Source: Bacteroidaceae bacterium (GTDB taxonomy: Bacteria > Pseudomonadota > Alphaproteobacteria > RF32 > CAG-239). From it: a stretch of 64,000 bases of DNA. The DNA is taken from contig CAVIDY010000002.1 of the NCBI GenBank assembly GCA_963641885.1, positions 18,811 through 82,810 of the forward strand, read 5' to 3'. Shown here one piece after another: positions 1 to 11,300 of this stretch. The translations under genes and the position numbers were made by a program. The notes under the pieces are model-generated. The model ran no database searches, was not told the origin of the DNA, and saw nothing but the letters and a program-made list of their open reading frames with translations. Position 1 is the stretch's first letter. Each line of letters begins with the position of its first letter.

Positions 1-286
1 ACAACTACTTGAAAGTTGCAAAAATGCTTTAAAAATCAACGGCATTTTGGTTTACAGCACATGCTCTATTGCTAAAGATGAAGGCGAAAAACAAATAAAT
101 TCGTTTATCAGTGAACAGAAAAATTTTGAAATTGTACCTTTAAACCTTTCGGATATATCAGCGTTCGGCGAATGGAATGACCAGCTTGTCACGCCGCAGG
201 GATTTATCCGCACGCTGCCTTTTTATATGTCTGACAAAAACGGTATGGATTCATTTTTTATTTGCAAATTGAAAAGAATAATTTAA
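1..286 (+). CDS. C-terminal fragment of a NOL1/NOP2/Sun-family rRNA cytosine-C5 methyltransferase (RsmB-like); the 5' end lies outside the window
   Basis: The frame is open from the window edge. The translation ...LKINGILVYSTCSIAKDEGE...GFIRTLPFYMSDKNGMDSFFICKL matches the RsmB/Sun C-terminus (LVYSTCS, DGFF.AKL). Confidence 0.6.
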   Translation, partial: QLLESCKNALKINGILVYSTCSIAKDEGEKQINSFISEQKNFEIVPLNLSDISAFGEWNDQLVTPQGFIRTLPFYMSDKNGMDSFFICKLKRII

Positions 287-328
287 CAAATTACGTTTAT
301 ACTAGCTCTAAATTTATGGAGATTTTAA

Positions 329-1468
329 ATGTTGAGTGCTGGTATATTTATATTTGTGTTATTGGTTATTGCTGGTTTAGCTGCTATGCTGCTTGTTTTT
401 ACGCCAATTGCCAATAAATATATGCAAACGCTGACTGTGACTCCGTCAATGCTGCCGTTCAGCTATATTTTAGGATTTTATGCCGTTGGGGCAACTTTAA
501 TTTATTATTTCTTACCGCTTAATGATTTTATAGAGCCATTGACAGCAAGCCGTTTTTTTATCCCCATGCTTTTAGCAGCTGTAATATTTATTTCTTCCAT
601 GTTTTTTGACAATTTAATTTTTATACCGATTGTGATATGCTGTGTGGCAATTACGGTTTTTCTGCAGCCTTTGGGCGACGGATTTCCTTATGCATTTTTT
701 CCGCTGTGGGTGTCACGCCTTTTGCTTATTATATTTTTTTCAGTTTTTTGCATTTTTTACGGTGTGTTGAATTTTTTACCGCACACCATGGTAATTTCAA
801 CAATCCTAACCTTATTAGGAATTTCTTTACTGCCATTTTTTTCTGCCGCTCCGTTTTACTTTTTATTCTGCTCGGCTTTGCTGATTGGCGCGCTTGCTGG
901 TTATTTATGCGTCAACTTAAACACGGTAAAAGTTCCTTTTGACAACGGCTCTTGCTGTGCCTTGGCTTATTTGTTAAGCAACTTGATGCTGCAAGACAGC
1001 GGAGAATACAGCTTTAGCTCCTGCGTTATTTTTACTGCATTTTTTTGGAGCGAGTTTGCTTTTGCGCTTTGGAATAAATTTGTGATTGTCAAAGCCGGAG
1101 CATTATATGAAAACACAAACTGCGCATTAGCCGCCCAAAAATATAATTTACGCTTTTTATCGGTCAGCGTTGCCAAAATTTGCGGAGTAAGTCTGTTAAT
1201 CGGCTGTTTCCAGCTTTTTGCCGTAAACCAATATTCGCTGATAATAATCTGCTTTATCATAACCGGCTGGCTGAGTCATTCTATGCTGCACCCGTTTAAC
1301 TCTAGTTTTAAAGAAATCAATGCCGAATTTGTAGCAGATTTTAAACAAAATATTGCCGATATTCATAATGACTTGAAATCTTTGCAACAGCCGGATTTGC
1401 CGCCAAAAACAAAACAACAGTCAAAAACCAAACATTGCAAATCAGCACGCACCAAGCGCGAGGACTAA
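329..1468 (+). CDS. Hypothetical polytopic inner-membrane protein (379 aa) with a Lys-rich C-terminal tail
   Basis: Long ORF with at least 9 hydrophobic helices and no recognisable family motif. Confidence 0.5.
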   Translation: MLSAGIFIFVLLVIAGLAAMLLVFTPIANKYMQTLTVTPSMLPFSYILGFYAVGATLIYYFLPLNDFIEPLTASRFFIPMLLAAVIFISSMFFDNLIFIPIVICCVAITVFLQPLGDGFPYAFFPLWVSRLLLIIFFSVFCIFYGVLNFLPHTMVISTILTLLGISLLPFFSAAPFYFLFCSALLIGALAGYLCVNLNTVKVPFDNGSCCALAYLLSNLMLQDSGEYSFSSCVIFTAFFWSEFAFALWNKFVIVKAGALYENTNCALAAQKYNLRFLSVSVAKICGVSLLIGCFQLFAVNQYSLIIICFIITGWLSHSMLHPFNSSFKEINAEFVADFKQNIADIHNDLKSLQQPDLPPKTKQQSKTKHCKSARTKRED

Positions 1469-1473
1469 TAAAT

Positions 1474-2811
1474 ATGTCATTTTCACCGAATTTATTAAAT
1501 ATCCGCAGCCTGCTCGGCTCTGAGAAAAAGCCTGACAAAAACAGCTTATTTCGAGTTACTGTCGTTGCGTTTGAAGACAAGTGCAATTTAAACTGCGGTC
1601 TGCGTTTTGCCGAACTTTTGAAAAAAAGCAATTTATTTGACATAACATTTTTTAACGAACCGTTTGCCAAAGGCTTTTTAAATTTACAAAGCCGCAACTT
1701 TTTTGATTTTATCGACCGCGGCAATAAAATTTTGAGTTCGACTCAAGCTGATATTGTGATTTGGGGATATGAAGATGAAGGTAAAATCCGCCTTAATTTT
1801 CAGACAGCTAATCAATATGCCATCCCCGACAGCCTGTCTTTTTCACTTTTAGACAGCTTATTTATTCCTTTAAGCTATTTAACAGACACTGCGAATTTTT
1901 CCGAATCTCTGCTGCTTTTAATATACGGAATAATTGTGGCGGCAATAAATCCGGTTAGCAACGCACAAAAACAAAAGCGTCCGCAGATATTGCAAGAGCT
2001 CATCACGCTTTTATCCGCTGACAGAACCCCAAAAGACATATCCAAGGAATTTATGCCGTATATTATGAACTTATTGGGAAAAATATATTTGTGCAATGCC
2101 CGCAACAGTTTGACCGAAAAAGATATTGAAATTATCCATAACCTGTTTGAGCTGGCGCTGAAAAATAAACAATATATCCGCCTGCCTATTTATTACGGCT
2201 GCATTTACAATAATTTCGGTCAGCTATATGAAACAGCGTTTCGGCAAAGTAGACAAGGCAATCTCTATTATTTGAAACAAGCCATCTCCAACTATCAAGC
2301 GGCGCAGAAAAATTTGAACCGAAACTATCCTTATGATTTTGGGCTAATTGCCTATCATTTGGCTTTGCTTTATTTTGAATATTGGAAGCACACCGCCGAT
2401 TTGCAGGCTTTACGTGATGCCGTATCCAAGCTCCGCGAGGCTGAAAAAGTTTATTCTTTGGCGCAATTTCCGGAATCTTGGTGCCAAATTGAGGGGCTTT
2501 TAGGCAATTATATCACTTCTCTCGGAATGCAGACCAAAAGCAACGAGCTTATGCAGTTAGCAATCGAATCCTACAAAAATCAGCAAAAAATTTATACGCA
2601 GAACAACGCTCCGGCAGTTTGGGCGGAAATTCAAGAAAAAATCGGCAATATTTTTTATTTGCTCGGCAAACAAAATGACGATGACCAACTAATGGAAGAA
2701 GCGCGCAATTATTTTAATTCGGCGCAGGAAATATATTGTGAATTAAATCTGAAACAAGACATAAAAAGCGTGGATCGAGCCTTGCTGAAAGTCAGAAATT
2801 ATTTGGGTTGA
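1474..2811 (+). CDS. Hypothetical protein with a TPR-like helical repeat C-terminal half
   Basis: The ORF-track start at 1435 overlaps the upstream gene. ATG 1474 has an AGGAC Shine-Dalgarno 8 nt upstream and sits just after the upstream stop. The C-terminal region shows repeated helical A/Y/L patterns typical of TPR. Confidence 0.5.
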   Translation: MSFSPNLLNIRSLLGSEKKPDKNSLFRVTVVAFEDKCNLNCGLRFAELLKKSNLFDITFFNEPFAKGFLNLQSRNFFDFIDRGNKILSSTQADIVIWGYEDEGKIRLNFQTANQYAIPDSLSFSLLDSLFIPLSYLTDTANFSESLLLLIYGIIVAAINPVSNAQKQKRPQILQELITLLSADRTPKDISKEFMPYIMNLLGKIYLCNARNSLTEKDIEIIHNLFELALKNKQYIRLPIYYGCIYNNFGQLYETAFRQSRQGNLYYLKQAISNYQAAQKNLNRNYPYDFGLIAYHLALLYFEYWKHTADLQALRDAVSKLREAEKVYSLAQFPESWCQIEGLLGNYITSLGMQTKSNELMQLAIESYKNQQKIYTQNNAPAVWAEIQEKIGNIFYLLGKQNDDDQLMEEARNYFNSAQEIYCELNLKQDIKSVDRALLKVRNYLG

Positions 2812-2863
2812 TCTTGATTTTTGACGGACAGAGTTTATCTCCTGACTTGGAAGGAGATTTAGA

Positions 2864-3466
2864 ATGACACATTGTATAGAACAAGACAGCTTAACCCGCC
2901 GCCGCTCCGTTTATGCGCTTGGACACACGCGGGTTGTCACGGATTTTTGTTTGGAAGACACCTTAAAGGACTGCTTAAAAAATTGCCCGACGCCGTTTAA
3001 TGCACAGTCGGCGCGGCTTGTGCTTTTACTCAATAAAAAACATTTAGACTTTTGGAATTTGGTTCTGCAAAAAGTTTTGGAAGTTACTCCGCTGGGCAAA
3101 AAAAGCAGCGCAGAACAAAAAATAAATTCATTTGCGGCAGCCTATGGCACAATTCTATATTTTGAAGACACCAATATTTTAGCACAGCTGCAAAAAGATT
3201 TTCCTCTCTATCAAAAAAATATGCACGACTGGACTTTTGAAGCCAATGGAATGCTGCAATATATGGTTTGGCAGGCTTTGGCAGAAAATGAAATAGGTGC
3301 CTCGCTGCAACATTATAATGAGCTGATTGAGGAAGATGTCAAAAAAATGCTGGACTTGCCGGACAGCTGGAAAATCTTGTCGCAAATGCCATTCGGCAGC
3401 ATAGAAAAAACACCGGCGGAAAAAACATTTTTGCCGTTGGAAAACCGCTTCAAAATTTTTAAGTAA
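2864..3466 (+). CDS. Nitroreductase-family protein (RutE/YdjA-like NAD(P)H nitroreductase fold)
   Basis: AAGGAG Shine-Dalgarno. TRRRSVYALG...PTPFNAQSARLVLL resembles the TRRS.R.F / PSAxNxQPWRF nitroreductase signature. Confidence 0.55.
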   Translation: MTHCIEQDSLTRRRSVYALGHTRVVTDFCLEDTLKDCLKNCPTPFNAQSARLVLLLNKKHLDFWNLVLQKVLEVTPLGKKSSAEQKINSFAAAYGTILYFEDTNILAQLQKDFPLYQKNMHDWTFEANGMLQYMVWQALAENEIGASLQHYNELIEEDVKKMLDLPDSWKILSQMPFGSIEKTPAEKTFLPLENRFKIFK

Positions 3467-3468
3467 AG

Positions 3469-4050
3469 TTATTTATGATTAAGTTTCATACCGAGCTGGT
3501 TAGAAAATTCGGCAATGCCTTTTTTGAAAAGCACTCCGATTAAATCGGCAACCAAGTCGATATTGGCTTCCAAATTTGCTTTATCAGCTTTAGAAAAGCC
3601 GGAAAGAACGTGATTGACAATGCTGTCGGCATCGCGGTTTTGCGGGTGTCCGATACCAATGCGAATCCGATTATAATTAGGAGTAATGCAGGAATCTATG
3701 CTTTTTAAACCATTGTGCCCGCCAGCACCGCCGCCGAGTTTGGCTTTTATTTTATCAGTTGGTAAATCCATATCATCATGAATAACCACAATATTCTGCG
3801 GCAAAATTTTGTAAAAGTTAGCCGCCTTGACAACGCTGTTGCCGGAAAGATTCATAAATGTTTGCGGTTTCAGCAAATAAACTTTCTCGCCATCAATATT
3901 TCCCTCGGCAATCAGACCGTCAAATTTAGAGCGGAACGGCGAAAAATTATAGCGGCGATGAAGTTCATCAGCCGCCATAAATCCAACATTATGGCGGGTA
4001 GCCGCATATTCCGTTCCCGGATTACCTAAACCAACCACCAAAAACATCAT
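3469..4050 (-). CDS. pth: Peptidyl-tRNA hydrolase
   Basis: MMFLVVGLGNPGTEYAATRHNVGF...HNGLKS are canonical Pth motifs. Confidence 0.92.
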   Translation of the reverse strand: MMFLVVGLGNPGTEYAATRHNVGFMAADELHRRYNFSPFRSKFDGLIAEGNIDGEKVYLLKPQTFMNLSGNSVVKAANFYKILPQNIVVIHDDMDLPTDKIKAKLGGGAGGHNGLKSIDSCITPNYNRIRIGIGHPQNRDADSIVNHVLSGFSKADKANLEANIDLVADLIGVLFKKGIAEFSNQLGMKLNHK

Positions 4051-4056
4051 TACACC

Positions 4057-4347
4057 TTATTTACGCATAAAATCAACGTGAATAGGCTTGTCAGAAACTG
4101 GATGGAATTGAACGTCTTGGCAAACAGTTTTAACTTTTTTGCCTTCAACATCAACAACAATTTCAGATTTGTAAAAATCTCTCAAATCAAGAGCTTTTTC
4201 CAATTCCACAGGGTCAAGACTGATTAAAACAGCATCTTTTTTACCACCATAAATAACGGCAGGAATGCGACCCTCACGACGACATGCACGAGCTGCCCCC
4301 TTACCTGCTTTTTCACGCTTTTTTGCATTAAAAGTAATTTCTGTCAT
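4057..4347 (-). CDS. rplY: 50S ribosomal protein L25 (short form)
   Basis: A 96-aa protein KKREKAGKGAARACRREGRIPAVIYGG typical of L25. It is adjacent to pth, the conserved pairing. Confidence 0.85.
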   Translation of the reverse strand: MTEITFNAKKREKAGKGAARACRREGRIPAVIYGGKKDAVLISLDPVELEKALDLRDFYKSEIVVDVEGKKVKTVCQDVQFHPVSDKPIHVDFMRK

Positions 4348-4503
4348 TTTTGTATCCTTATATTTAAATTAACACTCGACGACCTCCAGGGGTGTCGCCG
4401 ATAACGGCTTTGTACAACAAAAAAGCCAAAAATTCAAGCCTTTTTAATAAAATTTTATGATTTTTTTGTTATATTCCGCTCAAGTAAATTTACGGAGGTT
4501 TCT

Positions 4504-5217
4504 ATGTTATACATTTTAGCGGGCTTTGTGTTTGGCTGTTTGATTCCCTATTTAGCGCGCCGCCTTGGCAAATTGATGCCAGCGACCATGGGTTATATTC
4601 TGCTCAAAATTTTTATTCCGCAGCATTATATGCCGTGGAGCAAACTGAAAAATGACTTTGAATATATGGAATTATTTAAAAGATATATGATGAGAAGCTT
4701 GGGCTGGGGAATTTTCTGCGCCGCCGCCACCTATTTGTTTGCCGTAAATTTTGACCCGTATTACACTGGCTGGTACATTGCCTTTTTATGGATTATGCTG
4801 CTGCTGGTGGAAATCGACAAGCGCTTTATGCTGCTGCCGGATATTTTGACCCTGCCGCTGCTGGTTTTGGGCTTCGGCTATGCGGCAGTCAACGGCGTAT
4901 GGCTGGATACGATTGACCCGCAGCTTATCAGTAATGCGCAAAACAGCTTTATGGGCGCTTGTGTCGGCTATTTGATGCCGGTTGTCGCCAGTATGTTTTT
5001 GGTTTGGAAATATCCGGACGCGTTCGGCGGCGGCGACATTAAGCTTTTGGCGGCTATCGGCGCTTGGGTTGGCTTAGAGCCTGTTTCATACATTTTGCTC
5101 GGATCCTGCATTTTGTTTGCCTTGGGCTGTGCCATAAAAAAACAGAGAGTCGGTCCATTTGGTCCGTCGATTGTCTACGCCACTCTGCTGGTTTGTATTT
5201 TCTTGTTTGGAATTTAG
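4504..5217 (+). CDS. A24-family prepilin (type IV leader) peptidase, lacking the N-terminal Cys-tetrad/methyltransferase region
   Basis: The conserved catalytic-Asp motifs are present: VEIDKRFMLLPD and FGGGDIKLLAAIGAWVG. It is a multi-TM protein. Confidence 0.85.
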   Translation: MLYILAGFVFGCLIPYLARRLGKLMPATMGYILLKIFIPQHYMPWSKLKNDFEYMELFKRYMMRSLGWGIFCAAATYLFAVNFDPYYTGWYIAFLWIMLLLVEIDKRFMLLPDILTLPLLVLGFGYAAVNGVWLDTIDPQLISNAQNSFMGACVGYLMPVVASMFLVWKYPDAFGGGDIKLLAAIGAWVGLEPVSYILLGSCILFALGCAIKKQRVGPFGPSIVYATLLVCIFLFGI

Positions 5218-5310
5218 CAAAAAAAATTCACTGGCTTCTTGACATCGCATTTTGTGAACACTAACTAAACAAGTAGTGAATTATAAAACTATTTGTTTAG
5301 GAGTATTAAA

Positions 5311-5598
5311 ATGAACATCAAACCTTTACACGATAAAGTTTTAATCAAACGTGTAGATGAAGAAACAAAAACCGCTGGCGGTATCATTATTCCGGACACA
5401 GCCAAAGAAAAACCGTCTGAAGGCGTGGTTGAGGCTGTGGGCAACGGTCGTGTTGCTCCAGACGGCAAAATTATCGCTTTGTCTGTTAAAGCCGGCGACC
5501 GCGTGCTGTTTGGCAAATGGGCGGGCACAGAAATTAAAGTTAACGGCGAATCCCGCTTGATTGTTAACGAATCTGATATTTTAGCAATTATAGAATAA
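5311..5598 (+). CDS. groES: Co-chaperonin GroES
   Basis: [14 protein letters not shown]...; AGGAG Shine-Dalgarno at 5298-5302. The ORF-track start at 5293 is TTG and has no Shine-Dalgarno. Confidence 0.95.
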   Translation: MNIKPLHDKVLIKRVDEETKTAGGIIIPDTAKEKPSEGVVEAVGNGRVAPDGKIIALSVKAGDRVLFGKWAGTEIKVNGESRLIVNESDILAIIE

Positions 5599-5612
5599 TC
5601 TGCGAAAGGTGA

Positions 5613-7259
<1,647 letters not shown>

Positions 7260-7278
7260 TAATCCTCCAGATTATGAA

Positions 7279-7316
7279 ACTCCCTGCTTTGCTCTCAAGG
7301 CAGGGAGTTTTTTTTG
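7279..7316 (+). terminator. Rho-independent terminator after groEL
   Basis: Hairpin actccctgc...gcagggagt followed by T8. Confidence 0.7.
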
Positions 7317-7330
7317 ATTGATTAGTAATT

Positions 7331-7511
7331 GTCATTCTTGGCTTTGAGCGCCAGCTCATTCGCCGAGAATCCAGAACAATACATCAATAACGTTGAGGGC
7401 GTAGGCGTTAAAGAAACAAAGCAAGGAGCATAAACACACCACTGGTCATTCTTGGCTTTGAGCGATAGCTCATTCGCCGAGAATCCAGAACAATACATCA
7501 ATAACGTTGAG
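7331..7511 (-). repeat. Two direct copies (7331-7398 and 7444-7511) of a roughly 68-bp imperfect-palindromic repeat element, in reverse orientation relative to the copies at 7881-8115
   Basis: gtcattcttggctttgagcg[c/a][c/t]agctcattcgccgagaatccagaacaatacatcaataacgttgagggcg is present twice. Confidence 0.85.
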
Positions 7512-7571
7512 GGCGCTAAGCGAATAATAGACATCTTGACTTTTACTGATACAATATGCTAATTTTCTCAT

Positions 7572-7862
7572 ATGAAAACAATGTATGTATATCTTATAGC
7601 AAGTAAACGAAACGGCACCCTATATTCCGGTGTTACAAATAATTTAGTACGTCGTATTTATGAACATAGAAATGAATTGATAGAAGGTTTCTCTAAACGA
7701 TACCATATACATATGCTTGTTTATTATGAAATTTATGAGGATACTTTAACAGCTATTGAACGTGAGAAAAAAGTCAAACACGCAAGCCGTAAGTATAAAA
7801 TATCTTTGATAGAAAACATGAATCCGGAATGGAAAGATTTATATGAAGATATATGCAAATAA
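7572..7862 (+). CDS. Small stand-alone GIY-YIG nuclease-family protein (UPF0213/COG2827-like)
   Basis: YVYLIASKRNGTLYSGVTNNLVRRIYEH...KVKHASRKYKISLIE carries the GIY-(x10)-YIG pattern and the family C-terminal motif. Confidence 0.8.
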   Translation: MKTMYVYLIASKRNGTLYSGVTNNLVRRIYEHRNELIEGFSKRYHIHMLVYYEIYEDTLTAIEREKKVKHASRKYKISLIENMNPEWKDLYEDICK

Positions 7863-7880
7863 TATCAGATTATTTTTATA

Positions 7881-8115
7881 AAGCGGATATACCATACTGG
7901 ATTCTCGGCGAATGAGCTGACGCTCAAAGCCAAGAATGACAAGCACAGGTTCTTATTTTGCATCTTTAACGCCTCCACCTTCAACGTCATGCTTGAGCGT
8001 GAGCTTTAGCGAACTGCCTCGAGCATCCAGAAATAATGAGTCCTTATTTTTTAAGCAGACATACCATACTGGATTCTCGGCGAATGAGCTATCGCTCAAA
8101 GCCAAGAATGACAAG
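7881..8115 (+). repeat. Two forward-orientation copies (7881-7944 and 8054-8115) of the same palindromic element
   Basis: ataccatactggattctcggcgaatgagct[ga/at]cgctcaaagccaagaatgacaag is the reverse complement of the left-side copies, so it acts as terminal inverted repeats around the GIY-YIG gene. Confidence 0.85.
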
Positions 8116-8340
8116 TAATACTATTTTCTGGCTTAATGCTCATTCGCCAAGAATGACAAGTAATACTATTTTCTGGCTTAATGCTCATTCGCCAAGAATG
8201 ACAAGTAATACTATTTTCTGGCTTAATGCTCATTCGCCAAGAATGACAAGTAATACTATTTTCTGGCTTAATGCTCATTCGCCAAGAATGACAAGTAATA
8301 CTATTTTCTGGCTTAATGCTCATTCGCCAAGAATGACAGT
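8116..8340 (+). repeat. Five perfect tandem copies of a 45-bp unit derived from the palindromic element
   Basis: taatactattttctggcttaatgctcattcgccaagaatgacaag occurs five times. Each unit contains the tcattc-gccaa-gaatga mini-hairpin. The array abuts the stop codon of the 1133-aa gene at 8400-8402. Confidence 0.9.
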
Positions 8341-8399
8341 GTTAGGGACGATGGCTGTCGCTCAAAGCCAAGAATGACAGTGTTAGGAGTTAAAGTTGA

Positions 8400-11300
8400 T
8401 TACCATGCTTCGTTATATTTCAACGTTGGGTCATTCAACCTATTTAAATATTTACCATTAGTCGAATCAACCTTTTCATAATCAATTGCACCTGTCATAT
8501 CCTGCATATATTTATAGCCATCTACAAAGTAATCTTTTTCTGCACTATCTTCATAGCCATGAAATAGGTTTGTTCTATCAAAGTAGCAATATACCGTTGC
8601 ATATCCTTCTATTGATCCTCTCAATACCGGAAATACATTCCAATAGTAACTTTCTATTTTATTGTTACTTGGGGTAGTGCCTATAAATGCATCATACTTA
8701 GATTTAGGATACAAAAATCCAATAATTGCTGACCAACCTTGATAAATACCTTTTTCACTCTTTAATTTAGTCGTCAGAGCTTTTAATCTTGTGCTTTGTT
8801 GGAACATCAACGGCGCAGATGGTTGATAAGAAGCATTAGATTGTAGAACATAAGTACTTGTTTTTACGTTACTGATATCAGCAGTGCCTTTTTCAGCACC
8901 TACAGTTACAGGTATTGTAGTAGCAGTAGTACTATCTTTATCAACCACCATACCGACTTTACTAAATGACGGTCTATCCGCTGGAGTTGCTACTGCAGTT
9001 ACTTGTTCTTTGCTTGGAGTGTCTGGTAATATAAAATATCTATCATATGTTTTGTCACTAGCTTGAGTACCTGCCCCATGTACTGAGCCTGCTTGCGCCA
9101 TTTCCCAGCTTGCCGGAGTCAAGGTTATCACACGACCATATCCAGGAGGACATTGCGGCGCTGGCACAACCCCCATAAACGGCGATGCCCAACTGTCTTC
9201 TTTGCTCATATCCAATGTCTCATCAGGATCTATATCTTGATTCTTTTTTTGGGCTTCTGAATACAACTCATCATCTGCACTAAAATCCCAATTTCCTACT
9301 TTTGTTTCAGAAATGGTATTGTTAACCACGTAAATACCTTTATTGATAAAGTCAGGTAAAATATCACTCAGACGGGCTCCGCCGCGAGTGGTTAATTTGA
9401 TATCGTGCATAACTGAAGTATACGCCGGATTTACCATATAGGTATCATAAGCAACGTCATGGTTAGATCCATTATAATTACTAAAGTCCTTTGTAGCAAG
9501 TATAGGAAATTCAGCGCCGTATGTTTTATTCGTAACAGCATTACCATTGCTACCATAAGCCAAATTGTTTGCGACAAAGCGGGAGGCGGCAACTACACCT
9601 TTACCCTCTAACGCGCCGGTTGTTGTAGCAGGTTTACTATTTTCTCCGCGGACTTCCATATATCCCTTACGGATATATACAGTACCAGGTTCAGTATCAC
9701 TATAATTATTGGTGGTGCTAGTAGCGCCTTGGTCGATATAAACAAGGTTGGAATAATCACCCGCTGTGCTATTCGGCACGATGTTTACACCGGCTCTTAC
9801 ATTATATTGACCGATAGAAACATGATATTTTCCATTCTCTACACTTTCTGTTCCGCGTCCAACTTGACCGGATTTGGAGTCACCAATAAGAACGTTGCCA
9901 TGCATAGCAATATCATACGGCTGCAGATATCCTGCTTGGTTACTGCCTGCAGAGGTGAACATATCTTGAAAAGCATAGGAGTTTGGATTAGAATTTGCGC
10001 GAACACTAAACACATACCGTCTATCGGCAGTTGCATCATGATAATATAATCCGCCTACACCGATATTAAAGTTAGCGTCAGCCAAATCTACCGAACCTTG
10101 ATTAAACAAAGTTCTTGTCTCGTTTTCTGCTCCCTCAATGGTTAATGTTTTATTTTCCATTATAGATCTAATACCGCCACCGTACAGCACCGAAACAGCT
10201 GGTGCGGCAGAATCCGCTGTTTTATTACCGTGAAGCAAAAATAAGCCCGCAGCTTCATCATTTGCATCAGCTCCACCGGTTGCCAACATAATTTGATTCT
10301 CTCGAAATTCAGCTCCAGTTATGTTGTCATCGCCAGTATTTTGAATTGTGACGCCATCTTCATTGGCGGTCAGCCATTTTTCGCTGTCGTCGATATTTTT
10401 TGAGCCAACTGAAAGCGTTGCCGCACGTATTTTTTGCGTATCCAACTGACGAGTTGCCAACAAACCATCTATTTTAGTGTTTGCACCAACTCTAACCTGG
10501 AATAGCGGACTATTGTTATACGTTATTTCATCTAAATTTGCCCCAGGATATGTAGCACTTTTTATTCCATTTTCTAAGATGACAACTCTATCCTTTATGT
10601 TTGCCTCATTATTTTCAAAAGTATAATATGGCTTCAACTGCATAACATTTCCCATAAAATTCATATCTTCTTTTGTTGCTTTTATGGCATAAGTTCCATC
10701 TGCTCGTCCATCAATATACCCGATTTTCACATCATTCCAGACGTCCACATTTGAAGCTAAATTCACATCTCCCAAGTTTGTCAGCGAGCCGTCGGCTGTG
10801 GCGTTGCCGTTGGTGTCAACCTTAAAGTGGAAGTCTTCAGTTGTTGTGTCGCCCTCTGTAATCAGATTACGTCCAAAGCCCAAACGATTTGCATCGGCTT
10901 TAAATTGTTCTCCCGCCGCAATCAAATTGCCTTGAATAAAGGCGTCCGGTTTGCCGAAACCGTCAGCGATATAAAGTCCATAAGTAGAGTTCTCAATATT
11001 GTCGTTCTCTGCACCAACAATCAAGCTTTTAATATTGCGGATACTAAATGTTTTTTGATGATTTTCATTATTATACACATCGTAGGTATTATCAACACCG
11101 CCCATGTATAAATCCGTGCGCATACTGTTTTTCCACAATGTGTTAGGATCGTTACCGGCATCGCGTCCGCGCTGCAGGTATTTATCCATATCAATTTCGT
11201 TGCCAGTCGCGGCACTGATGGTGTCCGCCGACGCCGTCACAATGGAATATTGAGCCGCATCATCTCCATCGGGAAACACTTCGCTATATTCATCGCCTTC

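Noticed and set aside
329-1468. Possible MraY/WecA-family (glycosyltransferase 4) assignment for the 379-aa membrane protein
   Set aside because: Only vague resemblance (LGDGFP, FDNLIF). The diagnostic DDxxD and NxxNxxDGIDGL motifs are not present, so it is left as a hypothetical membrane protein.
1435-1473. ORF-track start of the TPR-like gene at 1435, overlapping the upstream gene by 34 nt
   Set aside because: A downstream ATG at 1474 has a properly spaced AGGAC Shine-Dalgarno and begins right after the upstream stop codon, so it is the preferred start.
5225-5310. CIRCE/HrcA operator upstream of groES
   Set aside because: No match to TTAGCACTC-N9-GAGTGCTAA. Only an unrelated AATTCACT/AGTGAATT dyad is present; it is reported separately at low interest.
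8116-8340. Possible CRISPR array
   Set aside because: The units are contiguous identical 45-mers with no unique spacers between them. There are no cas genes, and the unit is derived from the local palindromic element.
7322-8377. ORF-track reading frames 7322-7534(-), 7936-8118(+), 8036-8377(+) and 8096-8323(-), with repetitive peptides such as MTSNTIFWLNAHSPR repeated five times
   Set aside because: They are translations of the palindromic and tandem DNA repeats. There are no Shine-Dalgarno sequences, they are mutually overlapping on both strands, and periodic identity at the DNA level explains them completely.
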